Below, piece after piece: positions 49,846 to 59,884 of a stretch of 63,506 bases of DNA (its first letter is position 1; the number at the start of each line of letters is the position of its first letter). The translations under genes and the position numbers were made by a program. The stretch covers positions 1-63,506 of the forward strand of contig UQQI01000002.1 of assembly GCA_900543055.1 (NCBI GenBank), given 5' to 3'. The stretch comes from an uncultured Mollicutes bacterium (GTDB taxonomy: Bacteria > Bacillota_I > Bacilli_A > RF39 > UBA660). The notes beneath the pieces were generated by a model. The model ran no database searches. It was given only the letters and a program-made list of their open reading frames with translations, and was not told the DNA's origin.

Positions 49846-50166
49846 ATGAGAAAAACATACATAGTAAAAGAAGCAAAAGATTTTGAAAATATAATAAAAA
49901 AAGGAAAATGTCGTAAAAATCAAAGCTTTGTAATACATTTTAAAAAGAATAATTTACCATATGATAAATATGGAATATCTGTTAGTAAAAAATTAGGTAA
50001 TGCTGTTTTTAGAAACAAATATAAGAGAAAATTAAGAAGTATTATAGATAATTATAGAAAAATATATAATAATGGAGAAGATTATATTATAATATTAAGA
50101 AGAGGCGGAGTAGAGAAGTCGTTTCAAGATTTGGAAAGAGATTTTTTAAATCTTATGAAACGTTAG
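49846..50166 (+). CDS. rnpA: Ribonuclease P protein component
   Basis: 106 aa and basic, with an RNR-like KLGNAVFRNKYKRKLR. Follows rpmH. Confidence 0.88.
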   Translation: MRKTYIVKEAKDFENIIKKGKCRKNQSFVIHFKKNNLPYDKYGISVSKKLGNAVFRNKYKRKLRSIIDNYRKIYNNGEDYIIILRRGGVEKSFQDLERDFLNLMKR

Positions 50167-50185
50167 TGTAGAAAGGAAAGCAAGG

Positions 50186-51118
50186 ATGAAAAAAAACAAA
50201 AAATTCAAAATAGTAATAGTATTGTTACTTTTATTATTAACAACAGGGTGTACAAAGACATTAACAGATAGTGATAAGAAAGCTGTAAAAAATGAAAAAA
50301 CAGGTCAAACATTAACGGAGAATATATTATGTAGACCAACAAATAAAGAAACAATAAAACTTTATGAAAAAAATAAAGTTAAAATTGATAAATTACCTGA
50401 ATGTAAAGATTTTAGTATAACTTCTGGTAAATATGAAGGTTTATGGACAAGTTTATTCGTAAAACCATTAGCTTTTATATTAATATGGTTAGGAAATCTA
50501 GTTAAAAACAACGCAATATCAATTATTATTGTAAGTATAGCTATAAGATTAATTGCATTCCCATTAACAAAAAAGACTGCAATGCAATCTGAGTTAATAA
50601 AAAAAGCACAACCAGAATTAAATAGAATTCAAAAAAAATATGCTAATAAACAAGATCAAGAGTCAATGATTAAACAAAATCAAGAAATTATGATGGTATA
50701 TCAAAAATATAAAATAAATCCTATTTCAGGATGCTTATTTGCTTTTATACAATTACCAATATTTATTGCATTTTTTGAAGCAATTCAAAGAACACCAGTA
50801 ATTTTTGAAGACAAATTCTTAGGATTACAACTTGGAACAACACCAGCAATTGGTATTACATCATCAACATTATATGCATATTTAATTATAATGATAATAA
50901 TTGGAGCAACAACTTTCTTCTCATTTAAACTAAACTCAACAGGAAACATGGAAGACCCATCAATGAAAATGATGCCAACTATGATGACTGTGATGATTAT
51001 TGTAACTGCCTTATTCATGCCATCAGGTTTAGGAATATATTGGGCTACATCAAATTTATTTACAATAGTTCAAAATGTAATGGTTAAAAGGAGTAAAGAA
51101 GTAAATGGAAAAGCATAA
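50186..51118 (+). CDS. yidC: Membrane protein insertase YidC/SpoIIIJ (lipoprotein form)
   Basis: Lipobox LLLTTGC and a conserved YidC core (IAFPLT, INPISGCL, GLGIYWATSN). Confidence 0.92.
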   Translation: MKKNKKFKIVIVLLLLLLTTGCTKTLTDSDKKAVKNEKTGQTLTENILCRPTNKETIKLYEKNKVKIDKLPECKDFSITSGKYEGLWTSLFVKPLAFILIWLGNLVKNNAISIIIVSIAIRLIAFPLTKKTAMQSELIKKAQPELNRIQKKYANKQDQESMIKQNQEIMMVYQKYKINPISGCLFAFIQLPIFIAFFEAIQRTPVIFEDKFLGLQLGTTPAIGITSSTLYAYLIIMIIIGATTFFSFKLNSTGNMEDPSMKMMPTMMTVMIIVTALFMPSGLGIYWATSNLFTIVQNVMVKRSKEVNGKA

Positions 51119-51725
51119 ATATAGTGGAAAATCTAAAGAAGAAGCAATCAAGAAAGCACAAGAAGAATTACAAGAATTAGAAAGTAATTTATTTATTAGA
51201 GAAATATCAGAAACAAAAGCAGGCTTATTTAAGAGTAAAAAAGTAGAAATAGAAGTAATTGAAAAAAGAGATGTTGTACAACATATTAAAGAATATTTAA
51301 TAAAAATATTAAGGTCTATGGGAATCACAGCAAATATCGAAATAAAAAACAAAGATGATGTTCCAAAATATATAATCTATTCTGATAATGATGGAATTTT
51401 AATTGGAAAGAATGGAAAAAATTTAAAAGCCTTATTAATGATAGTTGCACAACATCTTAATACAGAGTTATCAAGAACTTATAGATTTACGATAGATGTT
51501 AATGATTATCAAGAAAGAAGAGAAAAATCATTAGAACATCTTGCAAAAAGAGTAGCAAAAGAGGTTTCAGAGACAAAAATTGAAGCAAAACTTGATTCAA
51601 TGAATTCTTATGAAAGAAGAATAATACACAATGCTTTAACAAATAATAAAAAGGTTTATACAGAAAGTGAAGGGGAAGAACCTAACAGATATGTTGTAAT
51701 TAAACCAAAAGAAGAAAAAGAGTAG
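51105..51725 (+). CDS. jag: RNA-binding protein Jag/KhpB (Jag-N, KH, R3H)
   Basis: Jag-N (GKSKEEAIKKAQEEL) and R3H (MNSYERRIIHNAL). Overlaps the yidC end. Confidence 0.88.
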   Translation: MEKHKYSGKSKEEAIKKAQEELQELESNLFIREISETKAGLFKSKKVEIEVIEKRDVVQHIKEYLIKILRSMGITANIEIKNKDDVPKYIIYSDNDGILIGKNGKNLKALLMIVAQHLNTELSRTYRFTIDVNDYQERREKSLEHLAKRVAKEVSETKIEAKLDSMNSYERRIIHNALTNNKKVYTESEGEEPNRYVVIKPKEEKE

Positions 51726-51740
51726 ATTTCTATTCTTTTT

Positions 51741-51770
51741 TTGTTTATACTGAAAAAGATATGTTATAAT
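51741..51770 (+). promoter_or_regulatory. mnmE promoter candidate (TTGTTT - 18 nt - TGtTATAAT)
   Basis: TTGTTT at 51741-51746 and TGTTATAAT at 51762-51770, about 25 nt upstream of the ATG at 51795. Confidence 0.45.
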
Positions 51771-51794
51771 AACAAAGAAAAAAGGAGGTATACC

Positions 51795-53156
51795 ATGAAT
51801 GATACAATATGTGCAATTGCAACAAGTCAAGGTGTAGGAGCGATTGCAATAATAAGGATTAGTGGAGAAGATTCTATAAAAGTTGTTAATAAAATATTTA
51901 AAGGTAAAGATTTAGAAAAAGCTGAGTCTCATACAATAAACTATGGTCATATTACTGATGGAGATAAAATAATAGATGAAGTCTTAGTTTCAGTAATGAA
52001 AGCGCCGAAAACATTTACAGCAGAAGATACAGTAGAAATAAATACTCATGGTGGAATATCTCCAACTAATAAAGTCTTGGAATTATTGTTAGAAAATGGA
52101 TGTAGATTAGCAGAACCTGGTGAATTTACTAAAAGAGCTTTTTTAAATGGAAGAATAGATTTATTAGAAGCAGAAGCAGTAATGGATATGATTAATTCTA
52201 AAACTGATGCTCAAAGACAAATGGCAATAAATCAAATTGGTGGAAAAGTATCAGATCTAATAAATAATTTAAGAAGCGACATGGTTCAAATAATATCGAA
52301 TATAAATGTAAATATCGACTATCCAGAGTATGATGATGTTGATATTATTACAAATGAAATATTAATTCCAAAAATAACAAGTTTAAAAGCAAGAATAGAA
52401 AAAATATTAAAAGAATCTGAAAATGGAAAAATAATTAAAGAAGGTATAAAGACTTCCATTGTAGGGAGACCAAATGTAGGAAAAAGTTCACTTTTAAATG
52501 CGCTGTTAGAAGAAGATAAAGCAATTGTCACAGATATAGCAGGAACAACAAGAGATATTGTAGAAGGACAAATTACAATTAATGGTATATTGCTAAACAT
52601 GATAGATACGGCAGGTATTAGAAAAACAGAAGATAAGATTGAAGCAATAGGAGTTGAAAAAAGTTTTAAAATGATAGACGATTCAGAACTAGTGCTACTA
52701 ATGCTTAATAATAACGAAAATCTATCAAATGATATAAAAGAAATAATAGAAAAAATAAAAGAAAAACACTATATAGCAATAATAAACAAAATAGATTTAG
52801 AAAATAAATTAAATAGAGATGAATTAGGTATACCTTTAGATAAAATTGTTGAAATAAGTGTAAAAGAAAACAAAGGTATTGATGATTTAAAAGAAAAAAT
52901 AGTAAAAATGTTCAATATAGATGAATTAGAAACAAAAGATCCAACATATTTAAATAATTCTAGAAGTATTAGCATTTTAAAAAGATGTTTGAAATCTATT
53001 AATGACATTGAATATGGATTAAAAAATAACATGCCAATAGATATGATAGAGTTAGACATAAAAAATATTTGGGAAGAACTAGGAACAATAAATGGAACAA
53101 CGTATGAAGAAGAATTATTAGATGAGATGTTTCAAAGGTTTTGTTTAGGAAAGTAA
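51795..53156 (+). CDS. mnmE: tRNA modification GTPase MnmE
   Basis: ATG at 51795 after AAAGGAGG. DTICAIATSQG, G1 GRPNVGKSS, DTAGIR and the C-terminal FCLGK. Confidence 0.95.
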   Translation: MNDTICAIATSQGVGAIAIIRISGEDSIKVVNKIFKGKDLEKAESHTINYGHITDGDKIIDEVLVSVMKAPKTFTAEDTVEINTHGGISPTNKVLELLLENGCRLAEPGEFTKRAFLNGRIDLLEAEAVMDMINSKTDAQRQMAINQIGGKVSDLINNLRSDMVQIISNINVNIDYPEYDDVDIITNEILIPKITSLKARIEKILKESENGKIIKEGIKTSIVGRPNVGKSSLLNALLEEDKAIVTDIAGTTRDIVEGQITINGILLNMIDTAGIRKTEDKIEAIGVEKSFKMIDDSELVLLMLNNNENLSNDIKEIIEKIKEKHYIAIINKIDLENKLNRDELGIPLDKIVEISVKENKGIDDLKEKIVKMFNIDELETKDPTYLNNSRSISILKRCLKSINDIEYGLKNNMPIDMIELDIKNIWEELGTINGTTYEEELLDEMFQRFCLGK

Positions 53157-53170
53157 GAGAAGGTGATAAA

Positions 53171-55039
53171 ATGTATGAAATAATAGTTGTTGGTGGTGGT
53201 CATGCTGGATGTGAAGCTGCTCATGCCTGTGCCAGAAAAGGTCATAAAACTTTATTAATAACAAGCAACATAAAAAATATAGCAGATATGCCATGTAATC
53301 CTCATATTGGAGGAAGTGCAAAAGGAATCGTAGTAAGAGAAATTGATGCATTAGGTGGAGTAATGGGGCGTGTTGCAGATAAAACACATTTACAAATTAA
53401 AATGCTAAATAGTGCAAAAGGTCCTGCTGTTCAATCATTAAGAGCACAAGGAGATAAAGTTGCTTATCCAAAAGAAATGCTAAAAGAATTAAATAGTCTT
53501 GAAAGCTTAGAAATAAAAGAAGCAATGGTAGAAGATTTAATAGTAGAAGACGAAACAGTTAAAGGTGTAATCTTAGAAGATGGAGAAAAAATAAAAAGTA
53601 AAGCTGTAATACTAACAACAGGAACATATTTAAAAGCAGATGTATTAGTCGGAAGTACTAGAACAAGACAAGGTCCACATGGAGAGAAACCATCAAATCA
53701 TTTGAGTGATAAATTAAAGGAATATGGTTTTAAAATTATTAGATTAAAAACTGGAACACCTCAAAGAATTGATAGAAAAACAATAGACTTTACTAAAACT
53801 AAATTAGAACCAGGTGATGATAAGTTACTTACTTTTAGCTTTGATTTAGAACCCTGCTATAAAATAGAAGACCAATTACCTTGTTATTTGACATATACCA
53901 CTAAAGAGACTCATCAGATAATAAGAGATAATCTAAAAAAATCAAGTATGTATGGTGCACTTGATGATATAGAAGGAATAGGTCCAAGATATTGCCCTTC
54001 AATTGAAGATAAAGTTGTAAGATTCTCAGATAAAGAAAGACACCAACTATTTTTAGAGCCAGAGAGTAAATATTATGATGATATTTATGTACAAGGATTT
54101 TCTACATCTATGCCACCAGAAATTCAAGAGAAAATGGTACACAGTCTACCAGGTCTAGAAAATGCTAAAATATTAAAATATGGTTATGCAATAGAGTACG
54201 ATGCAATATATCCAACTCAATTAAATGCCTCATTAGAAACTAAAATCTTAAGTAATTTATATACTGCAGGACAAATTAACGGGACTAGCGGATATGAAGA
54301 AGCAGCATGTCAAGGTTTAATGGCTGGAATAAATGCAAGCTTAAAATTAGAAAACAAAGAACCATTAATTTTAAAAAGAAATGATGCTTATATCGGTGTT
54401 TTAATAGATGACTTAATAACAAAAGGAATAAGAGACCCATATAGACTATTAACAAGTAGAGCAGAATTTAGATTATTATTAAGAAGTGATAATGCAGATT
54501 TAAGATTAAGAAAATATGGTTTTGAAGTTGGTATGATTGATAATGAACAACTAAACAGATTAATTGAAAAAGAAAATAAAATTCAAGAGTTAAAAGAATT
54601 CTTAAAAGAGAATAAGTTAAAAATAACAGAAGAAGTAAAACAAGAATTTGAAAAAAATAATTATCAAGTTCCAACAGCAACAATGACTTTAGAGCAACTT
54701 ATAAAAAGACCAGAAATAAACATGAATTTTATAGATAAATTTATAGAGATACCATATCAAGATGAAATAAAAGAACAAGTAGAAATAAATCTTAAGTATG
54801 AAGGATATATTGCAAAAGCATATAAAGAAGCAGAAAAAATGTTAAAATTAGAAAAAAAACAAATTCCTGAAGATATAAATTATGATGATATAACTAATAT
54901 TGCATCAGAGGCTCGTCAAAAATTAAAAGAAGTAAGACCAAAAACAATAGCTCAAGCTATAAGAATAAGTGGAGTAAATCCTTCAGACATATCAATTCTT
55001 TCAGTATATTTAAAAAAGGAATACAATAAAAATGAATAA
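53171..55039 (+). CDS. mnmG: tRNA uridine 5-carboxymethylaminomethyl modification enzyme MnmG (GidA)
   Basis: ATG at 53171. FAD motif VVGGGHAGCEAA and GPRYCPSIEDK. Confidence 0.96.
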   Translation: MYEIIVVGGGHAGCEAAHACARKGHKTLLITSNIKNIADMPCNPHIGGSAKGIVVREIDALGGVMGRVADKTHLQIKMLNSAKGPAVQSLRAQGDKVAYPKEMLKELNSLESLEIKEAMVEDLIVEDETVKGVILEDGEKIKSKAVILTTGTYLKADVLVGSTRTRQGPHGEKPSNHLSDKLKEYGFKIIRLKTGTPQRIDRKTIDFTKTKLEPGDDKLLTFSFDLEPCYKIEDQLPCYLTYTTKETHQIIRDNLKKSSMYGALDDIEGIGPRYCPSIEDKVVRFSDKERHQLFLEPESKYYDDIYVQGFSTSMPPEIQEKMVHSLPGLENAKILKYGYAIEYDAIYPTQLNASLETKILSNLYTAGQINGTSGYEEAACQGLMAGINASLKLENKEPLILKRNDAYIGVLIDDLITKGIRDPYRLLTSRAEFRLLLRSDNADLRLRKYGFEVGMIDNEQLNRLIEKENKIQELKEFLKENKLKITEEVKQEFEKNNYQVPTATMTLEQLIKRPEINMNFIDKFIEIPYQDEIKEQVEINLKYEGYIAKAYKEAEKMLKLEKKQIPEDINYDDITNIASEARQKLKEVRPKTIAQAIRISGVNPSDISILSVYLKKEYNKNE

Positions 55040-55667
55040 AGAAGAATTTATAAAAGCAGTTAAACAATTAAATGTTGATTTAACAGAAGAAAAATTAGAA
55101 AAATTAAATAAATTTTATAATTTGTTAATAGAATGGAACAAGAAAATAAATTTGACAAGAATTGAAGAGGAAGAAGAAGTTTACTTAAAACACTTTTATG
55201 ATAGTTTAACTATTGCAAAAGCAGTTGATTTATCAGAAATAAAGACATTATGCGATATAGGAACAGGCGCAGGTTTTCCAGGAATAGTTTTAAAAATTTT
55301 TTATCCAAATTTAAAAATCACATTAATAGATTCTTTAAAAAAAAGAGTAAATTATCTAAATGAAATAATAAAAGATTTAGGAATTGATAACATTGAAGCA
55401 ATCCATGTACGTGGAGAAGACTATAAGGGTCAATATGATGTTGTCACATCACGTGCAGTAGCAAATATTGAAAAATTATTAGGATATACAATGCATTTAG
55501 TTTCACCAACAGGAATTTTTATTGCTATGAAGGGTGATATAGAAAAAGAACTAACACCTGATGTTAAGAAGAAAATAGAAAAGAAATATAAAATAGAAAA
55601 AATAGAAAAATTTCTATTACCTAAAGAAAATAGTAATAGAAGTTTAGTTGTTATTAAAAATAAATAG
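55032..55667 (+). CDS. rsmG: 16S rRNA (guanine527-N7)-methyltransferase RsmG (GidB)
   Basis: DIGTGAGFPGI SAM motif. Overlaps the mnmG end. Confidence 0.92.
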   Translation: MNKEEFIKAVKQLNVDLTEEKLEKLNKFYNLLIEWNKKINLTRIEEEEEVYLKHFYDSLTIAKAVDLSEIKTLCDIGTGAGFPGIVLKIFYPNLKITLIDSLKKRVNYLNEIIKDLGIDNIEAIHVRGEDYKGQYDVVTSRAVANIEKLLGYTMHLVSPTGIFIAMKGDIEKELTPDVKKKIEKKYKIEKIEKFLLPKENSNRSLVVIKNK

Positions 55668-55695
55668 AACATGTCAAACAGATATGTTCTTTTTA
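55666..55695 (+). terminator. Probable terminator after rsmG
   Basis: 7-bp stem AGAACAT / ATGTTCT with an 11-nt loop, followed by a T-run. Confidence 0.45.
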
Positions 55696-55702
55696 AAAAC
55701 TA

Positions 55703-55731
55703 TTGAAAGAAAAAACAAAATAAACTATAAT
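55703..55731 (+). promoter_or_regulatory. noc promoter candidate (TTGAAA - 17 nt - TATAAT)
   Basis: TTGAAA at 55703-55708 and TATAAT at 55726-55731. Confidence 0.55.
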
Positions 55732-55792
55732 GATAATATAGGGAAAATAAAAGTAAATAAATGAAAAAGGATAATAGAAAGGGGAATGACTC

Positions 55793-57073
55793 ATGTTTAA
55801 TACGGAAAAAGATGAGGTTGTACAACTATATTTAGACGATATTATTCCAAATAGATTTCAACCTAGAGAAATTTTTGATGAAAGAGCATTAAAAGAGTTA
55901 GCGGTTTCTATAAGAGAACATGGTGTTATTCAACCAATAATTGTAAGAAGTGTTGCAAACGGAAAATACGAGATAATAGCAGGAGAAAGAAGATACAAAG
56001 CCTCAGCCTTAGCAGGATTAACGAAAATTCCCGCAATAATAAGAAATTTAGATGATAAAGAAAGTTCAAAAGTCGCATTATTAGAAAATTTACAAAGAAA
56101 AAACTTAAATCCAATAGAAGAGGCCAGAACGTATCAAAAAATTCTTGAAATTGATCAGATGACACAAGAAGAATTAGCAAAAACAATGGGAAAGAGTCAA
56201 TCTGCAGTAGCAAATAAATTAAGATTACTTTCATTACCAGATGCTATACAAAATGCTCTTTTAAAAGAACAAATTTCTGAAAGGCATGCTAGAGCACTTA
56301 TAAATGTGCCAGATACAAAAAAACAAAAAGATTTATTAAAAAAAATAATCGATAACAAAATGAGTGTACGTGCAGTAGAAGAAGAAATCAAGAAATTGTA
56401 TCCAAAAGATACAAAGAACGGAAATGATGTTCCATTGATGCCACAGGACCAAGTTGCCTCAGCATCATCTTTTGTTAATAGTAATCCTTTAATACCAACT
56501 GCAGAGTTACCACAAGACGAATCAAATTTCGGAAAGGTTACTATTGCACCACCAGAAGGAGAGGAGATGCCTACGGGTAAATTTATAAATTATGGAGAAA
56601 TAGGAAAAGAAAAAGACGAAGAGCCAACGATACCAAACATTCCAAATTCAATTACATCAATAGATGTTAATACATTAAGAAACAATGCTAACGATATTAA
56701 CTCTGGAAATAATGGTTCATCACTAGACAATTTATTAAATATTGGAGGACAATCAAGTTTTATAACTCCAGCGGAACAAATAGTTAAAACTGATACATTT
56801 GATAAAGAAAATAAATCAAAAGACTATTTCAGTACAGCAGATTTATCAGCGTTAAATATTCCACAAGAAACATCTAATATAGTTCCAATTAACAATGGTA
56901 TGATTCCAATTTCAAATGTTGCCGAAGAAAATTACACAATAGAACAAGCAACAGAAAAGATTAGAGAATTAGTAAATGATTTAAAAGAACATGGTGTTAA
57001 TATAAATACTGATGAAATGAACTTTGAAAAGTCTTATCAAATTATCATAAAATTATATAAAGACAATAAATAA
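55793..57073 (+). CDS. noc: Nucleoid occlusion protein Noc-like ParB paralogue, with a long low-complexity insert and no N-terminal amphipathic helix
   Basis: ParB N-domain (IPNRFQPRE, GERRYKA). The HTH region KSQSAVANKLRLL...ISERHARAL matches my recollection of B. subtilis Noc rather than Spo0J. The C-terminal EKIRELVNDLKEHGVNINTDEMNFEKSYQIIIKL resembles the Noc C-terminus. 426 aa, compared with about 283. Confidence 0.8.
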   Translation: MFNTEKDEVVQLYLDDIIPNRFQPREIFDERALKELAVSIREHGVIQPIIVRSVANGKYEIIAGERRYKASALAGLTKIPAIIRNLDDKESSKVALLENLQRKNLNPIEEARTYQKILEIDQMTQEELAKTMGKSQSAVANKLRLLSLPDAIQNALLKEQISERHARALINVPDTKKQKDLLKKIIDNKMSVRAVEEEIKKLYPKDTKNGNDVPLMPQDQVASASSFVNSNPLIPTAELPQDESNFGKVTIAPPEGEEMPTGKFINYGEIGKEKDEEPTIPNIPNSITSIDVNTLRNNANDINSGNNGSSLDNLLNIGGQSSFITPAEQIVKTDTFDKENKSKDYFSTADLSALNIPQETSNIVPINNGMIPISNVAEENYTIEQATEKIRELVNDLKEHGVNINTDEMNFEKSYQIIIKLYKDNK

Positions 57074-57100
57074 GTGGAGTTTAAAAACTCTACTTTTTTT
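57074..57100 (+). terminator. Intrinsic terminator after noc
   Basis: 9-bp stem GTGGAGTTT / AAACTCTAC (one G-U pair), followed by T7. Confidence 0.6.
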
Positions 57101-57110
57101 ATTAAAAACA

Positions 57111-57139
57111 TTTAAAAATAATATATTATTTGATACAAT
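57111..57139 (+). promoter_or_regulatory. soj promoter candidate (TTTAAA - 17 nt - TGaTACAAT)
   Basis: TTTAAA at 57111-57116 and TACAAT at 57134-57139, with TG at 57131-57132. Confidence 0.4.
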
Positions 57140-57169
57140 ATACTAGTAAAATGGAAAATGGGTGATTAG

Positions 57170-57967
57170 ATGGGAAAGGTTATATCTTTAGTTAATCAAA
57201 AAGGTGGAGTAGGAAAAACTACCACAAGTATTAATCTTTCTGCATCATTAGCAGTATTAGGGAAAAGAGTTTTATTAATAGACTTAGACCCTCAAGGAAA
57301 TACAACTACTGGTGTAGGAATAAATAAAGGAGAGATAGAAAAAAGTATATATGATGTTTTAATTGGAGAGTGTAATGCAACAGAAGCTATGATTAAAACA
57401 AAATATAAAGGACTATATGTTCTACCAGCAACAATAAATTTAGCGGGAATTGATGCTGAGTTATTAGAAAAAAGTAGAACACAAAATGGATTCAAAAAAG
57501 GTGAACAATTAAAAAATAGTTTAGCTGATTTAAAGGATAGTTTTGACTATATTATAATAGATTGTCCACCATCTCTAGGTGTAATTACAACCAATGCGTT
57601 AACAGCATCAAACTCAGTAATCATCCCTGTACAATGTGAATTCTTTGCATTAGAGGGAATTACTCAGTTATTAAAAACAATAATGTTGGCCCAAAAAGGA
57701 TTAAATCCAACATTAGATATAGAAGGGGTACTATTGACTATGTTAGATTCAAGAACAAATCTTGGGTTTGAAGTTGTAGAAGATATAAGAAGATTCTTTA
57801 AAGAAAAAGTATATAATACAATAATACCAAGACTAGTAAGATTAACAGAAGCTCCATCTCATGGAGAACCAATAGTAGCATATGACCCAAAAAGTAGAGG
57901 GTCAGAGGCCTATATCAATCTAGCAAAGGAAGTGATTGAAAGAAATGAAGGAAATGGAAATAAATAA
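57170..57967 (+). CDS. soj: Chromosome partitioning ATPase ParA/Soj
   Basis: Deviant Walker A NQKGGVGKTTT, and DCPPSLG. Confidence 0.95.
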   Translation: MGKVISLVNQKGGVGKTTTSINLSASLAVLGKRVLLIDLDPQGNTTTGVGINKGEIEKSIYDVLIGECNATEAMIKTKYKGLYVLPATINLAGIDAELLEKSRTQNGFKKGEQLKNSLADLKDSFDYIIIDCPPSLGVITTNALTASNSVIIPVQCEFFALEGITQLLKTIMLAQKGLNPTLDIEGVLLTMLDSRTNLGFEVVEDIRRFFKEKVYNTIIPRLVRLTEAPSHGEPIVAYDPKSRGSEAYINLAKEVIERNEGNGNK

Positions 57968-58877
57968 TATTCATGAAAATGAACACGAAGGAGAAATACC
58001 TAAAAGAAGAGCATTAGGAAGAGGTTTGGAAGAATTATTTAGTAGTGAAGTACTTGATTATAGTTCAGTTGAAAAACAAATTGTAGAAGAAACGTCAAAA
58101 GATGAAATAGTAAATATAAAATTAAGTGAACTTAGAAGCAATCCATATCAGCCAAGAAAAATTTTTGATGAAAAAGCTTTGGAAGAACTTTCCAATTCAA
58201 TTAAAGAACATGGAGTTTTCCAACCAATAATTGTAAAAAAATCAATTAAAGGTTATGAAATAATAGCAGGTGAGCGAAGAGTTAAAGCATCACTTATGGC
58301 AGGATTAACTGAAATTCCAGCAATTGTAAGAGATTTTAATGATACTCAAATGATGGAAATTGCTTTGCTTGAAAACTTACAAAGAGAAAACTTAACAGCT
58401 ATAGAAGAAGCCAACGCTTATAAAAAATTACAAGATACTCTTGGCTTAACACAAGAACAATTAGCAAATAGGCTTGGAAAAAGTAGGAGTCACGTAACTA
58501 ATATGTTAGGTCTTCTAAACTTACCAGAAACAATCCAAAGTGATATCAATGATAAAAAAATCACTATGGGACACGCAAGAGTTCTAAGTAAATTACAAGA
58601 TAAAGTCCAGCAAGCAGAATTAGAAGAAAAAGTTATTTCAGAAGGAATGAGTGTTAGAGAATTAGAAGAATTAACACAAGCACCAAAAATAATAAAAACA
58701 AACCCACAGAAACCAAAAATAAGAGAAAATAATGAATATAGTTACTTACAAGAGGAACTAAGTGAAAAATTAGGCACAAAAGTTATAGTTAAGAAAAACA
58801 AATTGGAAATAAGTTTTGTTAATGGAAATGATTTGAATAGACTATTAGAATTAATGCATATAGAGGTTGGAAAGTAA
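57945..58877 (+). CDS. spo0J: Chromosome partitioning protein ParB/Spo0J
   Basis: ALGRGLEELF, NPYQPRK and GERRVKA. The HTH region KSRSHVTNMLGLL...GHARVL is Spo0J-type. The start is uncertain (TTG 57936, ATG 57945 or ATG 57954) and overlaps the soj end. Confidence 0.9.
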   Translation: MKEMEINNIHENEHEGEIPKRRALGRGLEELFSSEVLDYSSVEKQIVEETSKDEIVNIKLSELRSNPYQPRKIFDEKALEELSNSIKEHGVFQPIIVKKSIKGYEIIAGERRVKASLMAGLTEIPAIVRDFNDTQMMEIALLENLQRENLTAIEEANAYKKLQDTLGLTQEQLANRLGKSRSHVTNMLGLLNLPETIQSDINDKKITMGHARVLSKLQDKVQQAELEEKVISEGMSVRELEELTQAPKIIKTNPQKPKIRENNEYSYLQEELSEKLGTKVIVKKNKLEISFVNGNDLNRLLELMHIEVGK

Positions 58878-58878
58878 A

Positions 58879-59691
58879 ATGCTGGATATATTAGGGCTTA
58901 AAATAAATATTATTCAATTAATTTTACCAATTGTATATATAACATTTGGTTCAATATTATTTAAAATTCTAAAAAAATTAATATTAAGAGCAACAACTAA
59001 ACAAACTTTTATTAGAAAAGAACAACAACAAAAAGTTAATACTATGAGAAGTATAATAGTAAACATAATAAAATATACAATAGTAATAATAGTACTTTTG
59101 GCAATCCTTGCTAACTTTGGTATAAATGTAAAATCAATTTTAGCAGGACTAGGTATTGGAACTGCTTTAGTAGGACTTGCATTTCAAGATTTAGCAAAAG
59201 ACCTTATTGCAGGTTTCTCCATAATAACTGAAGGGGAATATGAAGTGGGCGATACTATAGAAGTAGATGGTTTTATGGGTGAAGTTGTTTCTATAGGTTT
59301 AAGAACAACAAGAATTAAGAACTTTAAAGGTGCCACAAAAATAATAGCAAATCATTACATGGACAATTTAATAAATTATAGTAATAATAATTCATTAGCA
59401 GTTGTTGATGTTGGTATAGCATATGAAAATAATGAAGATAAAATAGAAAAAGTATTTGATAAATTATTCAAAAGGCTTAATGGTAACATTAAAGACGCTA
59501 CAAAAGATTTAGAATTATGGGGCGTAAATGAACTTGCTGATTCATCAGTAGTTTACAGAGTTGTAGTAGAAACAAAACCAACTAAACAATTTGCAGTAGA
59601 AAGATTTTTAAGAAAAGAAATAAAAAAGGAGTTTGATCAAGCAGGAATAAAGATTCCTTATCAACAAATAGAGGTGCATAATGGAAAATAA
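58879..59691 (+). CDS. Small-conductance mechanosensitive channel (MscS family)
   Basis: ATG at 58879 after GAGG. Three TM helices, then [37 protein letters not shown]. Confidence 0.8.
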   Translation: MLDILGLKINIIQLILPIVYITFGSILFKILKKLILRATTKQTFIRKEQQQKVNTMRSIIVNIIKYTIVIIVLLAILANFGINVKSILAGLGIGTALVGLAFQDLAKDLIAGFSIITEGEYEVGDTIEVDGFMGEVVSIGLRTTRIKNFKGATKIIANHYMDNLINYSNNNSLAVVDVGIAYENNEDKIEKVFDKLFKRLNGNIKDATKDLELWGVNELADSSVVYRVVVETKPTKQFAVERFLRKEIKKEFDQAGIKIPYQQIEVHNGK

Positions 59692-59884
59692 AGATTATAA
59701 GTTAGGTTCGATTGTAATCATGAAAAAGCAACATCCGTGTGGCACAAACGAGTGGGAAGTAGTTCGGGTAGGAGCGGATATAAAAATAAAATGTTTAAAT
59801 TGTGGAAGAACAGTTTTAATTCCTAGAATAGACTTTAATAAAAAACTGAAAAAGATTAAAGATGTAGGAGGAGAAACATGTTAG
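59681..59884 (+). CDS. DUF951-family small protein (YyzM-like)
   Basis: [30 protein letters not shown], a four-Cys pattern typical of DUF951. Confidence 0.7.
   Translation: MENKDYKLGSIVIMKKQHPCGTNEWEVVRVGADIKIKCLNCGRTVLIPRIDFNKKLKKIKDVGGETC

Noticed and set aside
55761-55835. A short out-of-frame upstream ORF (MKKDNRKGNDSCLIRKKMRLYNYI) that could supply the missing Noc N-terminus through a frameshift.
   Set aside because: Its sequence bears no resemblance to the Noc amphipathic helix, and nothing suggests a slippery site. It was treated as chance.
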